The translations under genes and the position numbers were made by a program. A stretch of 60,000 nt of DNA from contig NC_086108.1 of the NCBI RefSeq assembly GCF_963921235.1, forward strand, positions 37,512,001 through 37,572,000. The letters are read 5' to 3'. The notes beneath the pieces were generated by a model, which worked only from the letters and a program-made list of their open reading frames with translations, was not told the origin of the DNA and did not search any database. Positions 25,660-38,139 of this stretch are shown here, in pieces; the first letter of the stretch is position 1; each line of letters opens with the position of its first letter. Source of the DNA: Mobula hypostoma. Its lineage: Eukaryota.

Positions 25660-28471
25660 CTGGTAGGAATATGGGTTTGCTGGATTATGCAATATGTCCC
25701 ACTGTAGCTTTTTGGATAACTCCACCTTGTTTTTTTCCAATGATTTTAGTTGATTTTAATTTGCATGATTTAATGAATCCAAGGATCCTCATATGCTTGA
25801 CAGTATCTTCCATTTAGCAAATCAGAAGCTAAGGGATTAGTGGTGCAAAGAATTAGGGGTTATGGCAAGACTTGGGATATTGGGCATAACGGAAAACACC
25901 TTTACAGAATACATAAAACTGTTGGATTGATGGTAAAAGGGAGTAAAACAAGAAGAGAGGGAATTATATTGACTTAGATATGAGCATACTATGCTGAATA
26001 TTCCTTATATCTTTGAGGGTTGATAGCTTTCATTTGAAAACCTTACTAAGATATGGAAGTGACTTTAATTTAGTTTACAATATTGACTTACATAATTTAC
26101 AATTTAAAGGGCTTTTTAGGGTAATTTAGTTTAGATTTGATAAAGAACTAGTAAGAGTTTTATTTCTCGGCTCTCTACACCACACTCCAGTCCAGCTGGT
26201 GGTAGTATTGCACCTTTAAGTTGGACTGGCAACAACCATTAAAAGTCAGAAGAAGAAAAATGGTGGACAACTGCTGCTGAGTCATTGTCCTGGCAAAAAC
26301 TACACCCTGAAGACAAAAGAACACTCCAAGCAACTCTGCGAAAAGGTTATTGAAAAGCACATCTCAGGAGATGGATAGAAGAAAATTACCAAGTCTGGAA
26401 TATCCTTTGGAGTACAGTTAAGTCAATCATCAAGAAATGGAATGAATATGGCACAGCTGTAAATCTGCCTAGAGCAGGCCGTCCTCAAAAACTGAGTGCC
26501 TGTACATGAAGGGGACTAGTGAAGGAGGACACTAAGAGACCTATGACAACGCTAAGAGTTACAAACTTCGGTGGCTGAGATGGGAGAGACTGTACAAACA
26601 ACAACTGTTGCCTGGGTGCTTCATCAGTCGGAGCTTTATGGGAGAGTGGGAAAGAGAAAGACACTGTTGAAAAAAACCCACATGAAATCTTGGCTTGAGT
26701 TTGCTAGAAGGCATGTGGGAGACTCTGAAGTCAGCTAGAAGAAGGTTCTATGGTCTGATGAGACAAAAACTGAGCTTTTTTGGGCATCAAGCTAAACACT
26801 ATGTTTGGTGTGGAGATACTTCACTGCAGCAGGTCCTGGAAGGCTTGTGAAGGTTGAGGGTAAAATGAATGCACAAAAATACCGGAAAATCATGAAGGAA
26901 AACCTGATGCAGCCTGCAAGAGAACTTGGAAGATTTGTTTTCCAGCAAGCCAATGACCCCAAGCATAAAGCCAAAGCTGCACAGGAATGGCTTATAAACA
27001 ACAAAGTTAATATCCTGGAGTGGCCAAATCAGAATCCAGAGCTCAAGCCAATTGCGAATTTGTGGCTGGACTTGAAAAGAGCTGTTCTCTCATGATCCCC
27101 ATGCAATCTGACAGAGCTTGAGCAGTTTTGTAAAGAAGAATGGGGAAAAATTGTACTGTCCAGATGTGCAAAGTTGATAGAGATCTATCCACACAGACTC
27201 AAGGCTATAATTGCTGCCAAAGGTACATCTACTAAATACTGACTGAAGGGGGTGAGTAATTATGCAATCAATTATCTTGTGTTAAATAATTGTAATAAAT
27301 ATAGACCAATTTGCAGAAATTCGCTTTCACATTGACAGAAAAGAGTTTTTTCTGTTGGTCATTGTCAAAAGAGCCAAATTAAATCCACTGTGATTCAATG
27401 TTGTAAAACAATAAGACATGAAAACTTCCAAAGGAGATGAATACTTTTTATAGGCACTATTTACCTGATTAGAATGGGGAGAACAATTTTCTCATCTCTG
27501 GAAGCAGACTGAAATGTCCTGATAACTTGCTGTACAGAATTACTAATTCTCCAACTCACTACCAATACTCCTGTCAACAGAGAGGATTGAAAATTGTAAT
27601 GAAAGCCTCTACAACTTCTTTTATCCATCTAGGACACAGAGTATTTCATCCTGGCCTGATGATTAAACCAACGCTTTTAATACTTTAACTGGGATGCTCT
27701 TAATAATTTGACTAAGTTTATCCCACCTTACATTGCACATTTGTTTGCCTTGACTACAACCTCAACATTATCCACCACTTTCATGAAGACAGTTAAAAAA
27801 AGATTCATTAAGGATTCCCCTGGCCCCGAAACAAATTTTCTTCTTTTTTTGTTAAGTCTACTCTTTACTTGGTTATATTCTTGCTTTTCATATAAAGCAT
27901 TTACTTGCCATTATTTTTCCATACCTTCTCTTCACACCCCTAACATTTTGTACAAGTTCACCTGAAACTTTTCACAGTGTTAAGCACTATGGGCTGTCAT
28001 AAATTGTCATTTTTACTTTATCTGACCCTTTCTGCACCTTGTCATTCACATAGGTTTAAATAGTGCTGCCCTTATTTTGTGGGGATATATTTCCACTTGA
28101 ATCTTCCTCACCATATGTTAGTTCCAATTCCTGACAATGCTGCCTGTTAGATTCCCCCTGTTCCTTCCCTTTCAAACACTGCTAGTCCCCCTACCTACCT
28201 TCCTCCCGCCACTGTAACATTGACCCAAAAAGACCTGCGATCGCTGGCCATTTAGAATCAACTTCCAAAAACATTAGTGATGCAACTGAAATTTTCAACA
28301 GAGGGCCAATTCCTCTCCAACCAAGTACATCCATTAGCTCAGACTATCTGAGATAGTTGGTTTAAACATCTTTGTGATAAATGGATAACATCATGGCACA
28401 AGATTTGTGCTGCCCCCTCCCAGTTCCAACAAGCTGGGATTAATCCATGCTTGCCATTCAGTCTTTGTGGA

Positions 28472-29400
28472 TAGAACATAGACTGGTAGTGCATAGGAAC
28501 AGGCCATTTGGCACACAATATATAAAGCAAATCAAAAACATCCAAACCCTAATCCCTCCTACCTACACAATGTCCATATCCCCCCATCTTCCTTACATCC
28601 ATATGCATATCCAAACATCTCTTAAAAGCCTCTAATGTATTTGCCTCTACCACCATACAAGGCAGCGCAGTGCGGGCATTCACGATGCTCTGTATAAAAA
28701 AACTTACCCCACATCCCTCTTGAACCTACGTCCTCTCACCTTCTTTGGCACTAAATATTTTAATCCAGGGAAACAGATAATCTCTCTCTACCTTTCATAA
28801 TCTTATAAACCTCTGTCAGATCTCCCCTCAGCCTCTGGTGCTCCAGAGAAAATAACCCGAATTTATACAGTCTTTCATGATAGCACGTGCCCTCTGTAAC
28901 CTCTCTAAAGCCTCAACAGTCTATCTATAGTGCAACGACCAGAACCATATGCAATACTCCACAGGTGGAGTATCCGGAGTTTCCTCCTAACCAGAGTTTT
29001 ATAAAGCTGCAACATAACTTTTTGAACTCAATAGCTCAACCAATAGAAGCAAGCATTCCTTAAGCCTTCTAAACCACCTTATCAACATGTGCAGCTACTT
29101 TTAAGGAGTGGTAACCTTGGATCCCAAGATCTCTCTGCTCAGCAACACTGTTAAAGATCTTGCCCTTAATAGTGTATCGTCTCCTTGCATTTGTTGTATC
29201 GAAGTGCAACACCTCACGTTTATCTAGGTTAAACTCCATCTGCCATTTCTCTGCCCATACCTACATTTGATCTATATCATGCTGTATTCTTTGCCAGTCT
29301 TAAACACTATCCACAACTCTACCAAACTTAATGGCAACTGCAAACTTACTAACCCACCCATCTACATTTTCATCCAGGTCATTTATATATATCAAGGATG
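28472..29400 (-). mobile_element. CR1 LINE 3' fragment, degenerate
   Basis: atagaacatag tail; ctgcaaactt (KFA) and aactccatctgccatttct (KWQMEF) RT motifs. Confidence 0.8.
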
Positions 29401-29627
29401 TTCTCCTTGTAACTATGTAGATTTTGGATAGATTCCTATATTGAATGGATGTTCATCACAAGATGTAAACTAACAAGCCTCTGGTTATCCCTTCTTTCTC
29501 TTTTAAACACCAGTATTATATATCAGTCATTAAAACCTCTGATAAGTTGTTCTCAAAGAGTTATGGCAACTTCCTCCATTCATTCTTTTAACATATTTTG
29601 TCCAAGTCTGGTGACTTCTCTGGTTTT

Positions 29628-31190
29628 CATAAGACCATAAAACATGGGAGCAGAATTAGGCCATTCAGCCATTCCAGTCTTCCCTGTCATTTTATCATGG
29701 CTGATTATTATCCCTCTGAACCCCATTTCTCCTACCCTCTCCCCGCAGGAGCAGAGACCATAGACCATAACCATAGGACCAGAATTAGACCCTTTGGCCC
29801 ATTGAGTCTGCTCCGCCGTTTAATCATGGCTGATCCTATTTTACCATCCTCAACCCCATTTTCCAGCCTTCTCCCTGCAACCTTTGATGCCGTGTCCAAT
29901 CAAGAGCCTATCAATCTCTGCCTTAAATATACCCAATGACCTGACCTCCACAGCTGCCCGTGGTAACAAGTTCCACAAATTCACCACCCTCTGGCTGAAG
30001 AAATCCCTCCGCATCTCTGCTTTAAATGGATGCTCCACTATCTTGAGACTATGCCCTCTTGTCAGGCTAACGGATCTATAATTTCCACCATGGGAAATGT
30101 CCCTTACACATCTACTGTATCTAGGCCGTTCAATATTCGAAAGGTTTCACTGAGATTCTCCTTCATCCTTCCAATTTCCAGCGAGTGCAGACCCAGAGCT
30201 ATCAAATGTTCCTCATATGATAGTCCTTTCATTTCCGGAATCATCCTTGTGAACCCTCTCTGGACCTTCTCCAATGCCAGTACATCTTTCCTTAGATGAG
30301 GAGCCCAAAACTGTGCCTTATAAAGCCTCAGAATCACATCCCTGCTCTTGTATTCAAGACCTGTTGAAATGAATGCTAATATTGCAATTGTCTTCCTTAT
30401 CACTAGCTCAACCTGCAAGTTAATCTTTAGGGCGCTCTGCACAAGTCCCTTTGCATCTCAGACTTCTGGATTTTCTCCCTGTTGAGAAAATATTCCGCAC
30501 ATTTATTTCTGCTACCAAAGTGCATGACCATGCATTTTCCAACATCATATTTCATTTGCTACTTTCTTGCCCAGTCTCCTAATCTGTCTAAATCTTTCTG
30601 TAGCCTATCTGTTTCCTCAGCACTATCTGTCCCTCTACCAATCTTTGTATCATCTGCAAACTTGGCAACAAAGCCATCTATTCCATCATCTGAATCATTG
30701 ATATGCAGTATTTGAATAAGCAGTCCCAACACCGACTCCTGCAGAGCACTAGTCACTGGTAGCCAACCAGACAAGGATACTTTGATTCCCACTCGCTGCC
30801 TCCTACCAATCAGCCAATGCTCTAACCATGTTAGCATCTTTCTTGTAATGCCATGGGCTCTTAACTTGGTAAGCAATTTCATGTGTGGCACCTTGTCAAA
30901 GGTCTTCTGAAAGTCCAGAGTTACGACATCTGTATCCCCTTTATCCATTCTACTTGAAATCTACTCAAAGAATTCCAACAGGGTCATCAGGTAAGATTTT
31001 CCCCTCAGGAAACTATGCTGACTTTGTCCTATCTTATCCCATGTCACCAAATACTCCATGACCTCATCCTTAACAATTGACTCTAATACCTTCCCAATCA
31101 CTGAAGTCAGGCTATAATTTTCTTTTTGCTGTCTTTCCCCTTCCTTAAAGAGTGGAGTGACATTTGCAATTTTCCAGTTCTCTGGCGCAC
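29628..31190 (-). mobile_element. CR1 LINE (two adjacent 3' ends; RT fragments)
   Basis: cataagaccata tails at ~29628 and ~29755; LDFQKTFDKVPH, KFADDTKIG. Confidence 0.9.
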
Positions 31191-31194
31191 TTTT

Positions 31195-31500
31195 TGAGCA
31201 CTTTGAATTATTAACTTCAAACTTTCTGCATAATCATTCAAAGAGTTGAACTGCACATGCACGTAACGAGAGCTGTATAACTCATCTTCTTCTACCTTAG
31301 GCCACAAACTTATCAATCACCCCTGCTGTGGACCACTTTCTGGAGGTTCAAGACGCTGACTTCTACAAAGAAGGGATCTGTATGCTCCACGACCGCTGGA
31401 CTAAGTGTGTACATGTAGGAGGGGACTATGTTGAAAAATAAATGTGCTAGGTTTTCTAAAATTGACTCCTTCTACCTTAGGCCATGAACTTATCAATCAC
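31195..31500 (+). mobile_element. Fragment of the same mariner MITE family as 16012-16865
   Basis: ttctacaaagaaggg...ggggactatgttgaaaaataa...gaacttatcaatcac. Confidence 0.85.
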
Positions 31501-31669
31501 TTAGTATTCTTTCTTTATTTCTTATTGCACGTTTAGAGCAGCTGAGATGCCAGACAGGATATAGGAAGGAGCCTCTTGTGAGATGTAGCAAGGTAAGGGG
31601 ACCTAGAATGTCCCTGATGACGACACCTGCTAGAAGTGTCTCCAGCTGCAGCTTCTAGCAAACAATGTT

Positions 31670-31705
31670 AGTCCTGACGAAGGGTCTCGGCCTGAAACGT
31701 CGACT
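31670..31705 (+). ncRNA. Minimal type-I hammerhead ribozyme motif (Penelope-type), best-preserved copy
   Basis: AGUC-CUGACGA-A-GGG(UCUCGG)CCU-GAAA-CGUC^GACU: stem I AGUC/GACU, stem II, catalytic cores, GUC cleavage triplet. Confidence 0.7.
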
Positions 31706-31803
31706 GCGCCTCTTCCTATAGATGCTGCTTGGCCTGCTGCGTTCACCAGCAACTTTGATGTATGTTGCTTGAATTTCCAGCGTCTGCAGAATTCCTGTTG
31801 TTT
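31670..31803 (+). mobile_element. Penelope terminal-repeat mini-insertion in CR1 ORF1
   Basis: Begins at the hammerhead motif and ends ...ctgcagaattcctgttgtt; CR1 ORF1 sequence on both sides. Confidence 0.8.
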
Positions 31804-34358
31804 AAGGAATTAGAGCTGGAACTGGATGAACTCCAGATCGATGATAAGGCTGAGGGGTCATGGGGGATGGGAACTAGAGCACCATAATAAATAGTGTAGG
31901 GTTGTGGAGAAAAGTGTTGTTAAACCCACATACAAAGTCAGGAAGTAAAAGGTTGAGCATGGTGAGACTAATGTTCTAAGCTATATATATTTCAATGCAA
32001 GAAGTATCGTAGGAAATTCGAATGAGCCGAGGGTAAGAAACAGCTTACACATTGGAGCCGTTAGTGAGACTTGGCTGCAGGAAGGGTGGGACTGGCAGTT
32101 TAAGGTTTTCGGGTTCCATTGTTTTAGACATGATAGAGCAGGAGGGATTAAAGTGGGAGGGGTGGCATTACTAGTCAGAGAAAATGTCACTGAAACTGCT
32201 CAGACAAGACAGACTGGGAGCTCATCTAGGGAGGCTTCATGGGTAGAACTGAGGAATAAGAAAGGTATGGCTATGTTAATGGAATTACATTATGGACAGC
32301 CCAACAATCCACGAGATTTAGAGGAACAAATTTCTAGAGAGATTGCAGACTGTTGCAAGAAATCTAAGGTTATGATAGTAGGTGATTTTAACTTTCCACA
32401 TATTGACTGGGACTCCCATACTGTAAAAGGACTGGATGGGAAAAAGTTTGTCAAATGTGTTCAGGAATACTTCCTTAAAAAGTACATAGATGTTCCAATT
32501 AGAAAGAGTGCAATACTAGATGTCCTTTTAGAGAATAAAACAGGGCAGGTGGCAGAAATTTGTGTAGGGGAACACTTTGTATCTAGTGATCATAATACCA
32601 TTAGATTCAAGATAATTATGGAACAGTATAGGTCTGAACCTTGGGTTGAGATTTTAAATTACAGAAAGGCCAATTTTGATGGTATAAGAAAAGATCTGGC
32701 AGGTTGTTTTCTCTCAAAGGTGTACTTGTGTGAAGTCTTCAAATATGAAATTTTGAGAGTACAGAGTATATATGTTCCTCTCAGAATAAAAGGCAAGGAT
32801 AACAGGTTTAGGGAATCTTGGTTTTCGTAAGATATTAATGCTCTGGTTAAGAAAGAGAAGGAGGTACATTGCAGGAAAAGGTAGGCAGAGACAAATGAGG
32901 AACTTGAGTCTCAGAAATGCAAGAGAACATTTAAGAAGAAAATCAGGAAGGCTAAAAGAAGACATGAGGTTTCTGTTACAGACCAAGTGAAAGAGAATCC
33001 TCAGGGCTTCTACAGATATATTAGGAGTAAAAGGATAGCAAGAGACAAAGTTTGTCCTCTGGAAGATCAGATTTGTAGTGTATGCATAGAGTTGAAAGAG
33101 ATGGGGGAAGACTTATATGGATTTTTTGCATCTATATTTATTCAGGAGGTGGTCACAGAGTCCATGTGAGGCAATGCAGCAGGGAGGTCAGGGTCCCTGT
33201 GCAGATTACAGAGGAGGTGGCGTTTGCTGTTGAGTCAAATAAGGTGGATAAATCCCCAGGGCCTGACAATCTGTGCCCTTGGACCCTGTGGAAAGAGAAT
33301 GCAGAAACTGCAGAGGCCCTGCCAGAAATATTTAAAACATCCTTAGCCATAGGTGAGGTGCTGGAGGATTGGAGGATATCTGATGTTGTTCAGTTGTTTA
33401 AGGAAAGCTCTGAGAATAAACCAGGAAATTATAGGCCAATGAGACTGACATCAGTAGTGGGAAAGTTAATGGAAGGTATTCTAAGGGACTGGACATATAA
33501 GTATTTGGATAAATAGGGACTGATTAGGGATAGTCAACATGGCTTTGTGCATGGTAAGTCATGTCTAACCAATCTCATAGAGTTTTTCCAGGAAGTTACC
33601 AGGAAAATTTATGAAGGCAAGGCATGGGCTTTAGCAAGGCATTTGACAAGGTCCCATATGGAAGGTTGGTCAAGAAGGTTCAGTCGCTTGGCATTCAAGA
33701 TGAGGTAGTAAATTGGATTAGACATTGGTTCCATGAGAGAAGCCAGAGAGTGGCAGAAGATGGTTGCATCTCTGACTGGAGGCCCGTAACTAGTGGAGTG
33801 CTGCAGAGATCAGCGCTGGGTCCATTGTTGTTTGTCATCTATATCAACCGTCTGGATAATAATGTGGTTAACCGGATCAGCAAATTTTCAGATGACACCA
33901 AATTAGGGGGTGTAGTGGTCTACGAGGAAGTCTATCAAAGCTTGTAACAGAATCTGGACCACCTGATGAAATGGGCTAAAAAGTGGCAGATGGAACTTAA
34001 TGCAGACAAATGTGAGGTTTTGCCCCTTGGGAGAACCAACCAGAGTAGCTCTTACATGGTGAGCAGAAGGACACTGAGGAGTGTGGTAGAACAAAGAGAT
34101 CTTGGAATACAGGTTCATAATTCCTTGAAAGATGTGTCACCGGTAGATAAGTTCATAAAGAACGATTTTGGCACATTGACCTCATAAATCAATCTTTTGA
34201 GTACAGGAGTTGGAATGTTATGGTGAAATTGTATAAGATATTGGTGAGGCCTTCGCTGGAGTATTCCATGCGGTTTTGGTCACCTACCTGCAGGAAAGAC
34301 ATAAATAAAATTGAAGAAGTACAGACAAAATGTACAAGGATATTGCCAGGACCTGAGG

Positions 34359-34597
34359 TTCAAATGTTCATTTTTTAAAATCAACGTGTATATGCAGAAT
34401 ACAACTCTGAAATTTGTCTTCACCAGATAGCACAGAATATAGAAAACCATTTAAGTAGTTGAAAGGAAGCCATCAATCCCCCCGCATGAAAAGAATAAGA
34501 AACAAAAACTCGCGAACCCCAAACCCCCTCCACACATAAAAACTAATAGATCACCCAAACCTAGCTCGACATTCCTCAACAAGAAAGAACAGCCCTT
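34359..34597 (-). mobile_element. Short retroelement 3' end nested in CR1
   Basis: gttcaaatgttca tail; TSD ctgagg (34353-34358, 34598-34603). Confidence 0.7.
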
Positions 34598-35333
34598 CTG
34601 AGGACCTGAGTTACAGGGAAAAGTTGAATACATTAGAACTTCATTCCCAAGAATGCAGAATATTAAGTGGAGATTTGATAGAGGTAAAAAAATTACAAGA
34701 GGTAAATAGGTAAATGCAAGCAGGCTTTTTCTGCTGAGGTTGGGTGATATTACAACTAAAGGTCACGAGTTAATGGTGAAAGTCAAAATGTTTAAGGGGA
34801 ACATGGGGGTGAGGGGGGGAATCTTCTTCACTCATAAGACGGTGAGGGTGGAATGAGCTGCCAGTGCAAGTGGTGAATGCAGGGTCAATTTCAACACTTA
34901 AGAGAAATTTTGATAGGCACATGGATGGGTGGGCTATGGAGGGCTATGGTACAGGTGCAGGTCGATGGGACTAGACAGATTCATGGCTTGGCACACACCA
35001 GATGGGCTAAAAGGTCTATTTCTGTCCTGTAGTAACTCTAATCAAGCACCTATCGATCTAACATCAGGTCTTAGTTGTATATTCATGGAGCCCTCCTTCA
35101 ACACAGTCATAAAAGGGTTATATTTTGGGTGCCTGAAGTTTATACTCAGAGGTTTTAGAACAGATGATGATATTGAATAGTCAAGGGGGTTCTGCTAGTT
35201 AGGATTTGCTGACATTGTAAATGTTTTCTTCCACAACCCAAAGATCCTGCGAGTAAGTGCTTGGTAGAAGAATTGGGGTAATTGGCATGAGAGAGAGTAG
35301 GTCACAGGAAAGTAATTGGGAAATGGGATCGAT

Positions 35334-36117
35334 CAGACATCCCAGCTCGCAAAAACTCATTTCAGGGAGGTAGCACCCCTGCCCCCCGCAACCCCATATC
35401 CCCCCCCTCACCGGTTGACCTCCAAGGGTGTATGTAATACTTTCTTTAGTGATTTTGTCTAATCTGTAAAGCAAATTGGATATATGCAGAAAATGTGACA
35501 TTAAAATATGTACTTATATTATACTATATTATGTTTATTCTATTACAACTTTAAGCAAGTCTACAAGGAGTTTGGCCTCATCACATAGGACATCAATAGT
35601 GTAGCTCCTTAGCAGCCAGCCGGCTAGTTTAAATAACATTAGCTATGCTAACGAATGAATGACACTTGTTAAACTCACCTCAACATGTCTTTTGCAGTCA
35701 TCTGAGCAATAGAAAAGTCACTGTTGCAAACAGTGCAGCGAGCAACACTGTCATTATTTTTGACCCCTATTAGGCAGGGGTACACTTTTGTGTAGTCTGG
35801 GGTGAAGTGCGTTTTATATATTTTTTTGAAACACTCTGCCACGGCGGTGCAGGACACGAAACAGAACTGATGGAGAGACTGAGGTCGACTGTAAAGCCTG
35901 CCCACAGAGAAAACTGATAGGTCTACTTAGCACAAAGAGAGACCAATCAGGATGCTCACTCCCGCCCCCACTCCCGCTCCCGCTCCAGCTCCTGCTCTCG
36001 CTCTTCCTCTCAAAAAAATCAATTTCCGGGATATTATATATAATTTGTGGGTGTCAGGGAGCGGGAGCATCTATATGCGGGAGACTCCCGGAACTTCCGG
36101 GACAGGTGGGATGTCTG
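35334..36117 (-). mobile_element. hAT-like non-autonomous DNA transposon
   Basis: 11-bp TIR cagacatccca/tgggatgtctg; flanks (g)gatcgat/(g)gattgat form a near-TSD; remnant ARCTVCNSDFSIA resembles a transposase N-terminal Zn finger. Confidence 0.75.
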
Positions 36118-36482
36118 GATTGATTGAATGACTCAAGGACCAAATGGCCTTGTTCACAGTTGTAAAAAACTGAAAGAGGCAAATAAAATCACTCTCATGG
36201 TCCAAGCCTTTTCCTTCAGCATGATTAAGGTAACTGTGCATAAAATGATGAAAGCCTTTTATTTGGAAGGCTTGGAATAAATGCTGGTCCTGTGTAAACT
36301 TTGGCAAGTATTTAGAAACTGTTTCTGCATTTAGCAACTATGCTTCCTAAGTACTGCTGCTGATGTGGCAAGAAATGAGGCAGCGAATTGGCAGGTTGGG
36401 AAGTTTCAGTCTATATTCAAGGACCATGAAGGCCTGGCATGCTGAAGGCTTAGATCAATATATCTTTGTTGAGGGAATCCAG

Positions 36483-37308
36483 TGTAATGCCCTGGTTAAG
36501 ATTTTTACTGCTATATTGTAAGTATTTCATTTTAACAGTTCTGCAAAAGTAATCTGTTCTACATTTAGCATGTTTGGGTTTGAGCTAAAGATAAGGAGTT
36601 ATGTTGTTCAACTTAGCAATGTTGTGTCAGCCAATCACGATGGTGGAATTGGGAGAGGATTCTACAGAATGCTGGGCGGAGAGGTTTTTGTAACGGACGC
36701 TGGTGTGGGTTGAGATCTTTTGGCGGGAGCTGGGAGAAGACAGGAGGGAAGTTGGCTAAGAATGTGGTCCCTGTTGCACAAGGTGATTTGTGCAGATGAA
36801 TGCCTTCAAGGAGGAAGGACCAATACTCCAGTGGGGAATCTGTTTGTTTGAGGTGCGTTTTCGAGCGACATTCAAAAAGTGGTGTGTGCTTTCACGCAGA
36901 CTGTGGGTCCAGCGCATGAGTTAACGACAACTTCAAGATGAGCTTCAACTTGTGTGCACATTTGGACAGGGTTAACTGTAATGGGACCTTTTATTCTTTT
37001 TCCTACTAACTGTTCAATAAAGCTGATATTTGTAAATATACTCTCTTTATAATTGTCTTCAGTGTATGATCTGTTATTTCTTACCAGCGGCTAATTGCAT
37101 TGGGGCGGTATTTACACAATATTTGCATAGATCAGGGTTTCGACGGTAGAGACATCCCAATTTCTTGATTTTGGTGGGACCCAAGTCTTGCTGATCCTGA
37201 CGTAGGGAGTTTGAGAAAGGTGGCTTTCTTGCCACTGAGTTCAGTGACTGTTAACGAGGGACTAATGAGCCACATCTCCAGAGAGGCCCGGTAAAAAGCG
37301 GTTTCTCA
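36483..37308 (+). mobile_element. Probable solo LTR inserted in an old CR1 3' end
   Basis: tgtaatg...tctca termini, internal aataaa, start similar to the 10643 LTR; CR1-tail-like sequence on both flanks; no clear TSD. Confidence 0.55.
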
Positions 37309-38139
37309 AGGATAATGTGAAAAGGTGAATTTGAGTGGAAGTTTGGCCATGTTCTTGTTAAACTGCATAGCATATATGAAATCTACATTGCCTATTTCTG
37401 CTCCTATTTTCTAATTTACTTTCGTGCATTATCTGTGCCCTTGAAAGAATATTTATGTCTTGGAATAAACTAACTCTTGCAAGTTGATTAAGTCAAAGGG
37501 TGCATAAAGCAGCATTTTATTCAATATGTCCTTCCCATGGAAATAACATTCTAAGCTGTATTAAATGTTGGAAGAATATTCACTCATATTTGCATTTTGT
37601 TTCAAGCAACCTCCTGGCTCAGAAAACTAAATTGCTTTATCTTAATGCCCAGTTGAGGCTAAAACCTGCAGCTCATTATTGGATGGATTGATGCTACTGT
37701 TATTCTATCCCTTGTTGATTCCCGAATATATAGCATCAGCATGACTACTTACCCTGACTGATAGTAAATAAGTCAAATTATCAAAGCCTCAGTGGATATA
37801 GATGATCACTGAAAAAACCTAACTAACATTCCTTATGGCGTAAAGAATTTTACACACCCAATTTAACCTTAATGTACTTCATTCTTCAGGCTTGTTGCCC
37901 TGCCATTTTAATTTATTAAGAACCAAGCTGAACTTAGTATGGAAGCTTTAATTTATTACACTAATGAGTCCCCATGGTGCCAAGATACCATGGTAGGTTT
38001 GGCCTGGAACTTGTGGAGAGAAATAATGTTAGGGATCATTTTGAGGTTATGAAATTATGGAAGCATAATTATGGAATAACTAACATGAGAATCGGTCTTC
38101 AGGAAATAAAACCTCTATACAATTTAACTTCCAACTGAT

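Larger units (their letters stand above)
23194..26267. mobile_element. Unclassified ~0.65 kb insertion (23194-23242 plus 25666-26267) split by a CR1
   Basis: 9-bp TSD caactgctg at 23185-23193 and 26268-26276; Tc1 sequence resumes after it. Confidence 0.6.
22513..27459 (+). mobile_element. Tc1-family DNA transposon (IR/DR type), defective, with nested insertions
   Basis: ta|cagtgcctataaaaagtattca ... tgaatactttttataggcact TIRs; transposase remnant ~26305-27242 (KTKEHSKQL, WSDETK, FQQANDPKH, WPNQNPELKPIANLW). Confidence 0.9.
31510..35040 (+). mobile_element. Long degenerate CR1 LINE (ORF1 remnant, APE endonuclease, RT, 3' tail)
   Basis: GGVALLV, VGDFNFPHIDW, SDHN (APE); KSPGPD, FSKAFDKV, KFSDDTK (RT); many stops. 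Confidence 0.92.

Noticed and set aside
32153..32830. 225-aa ORF as a standalone nuclease gene
   Set aside because: APE domain of a decayed CR1 ORF2 with flanking stops
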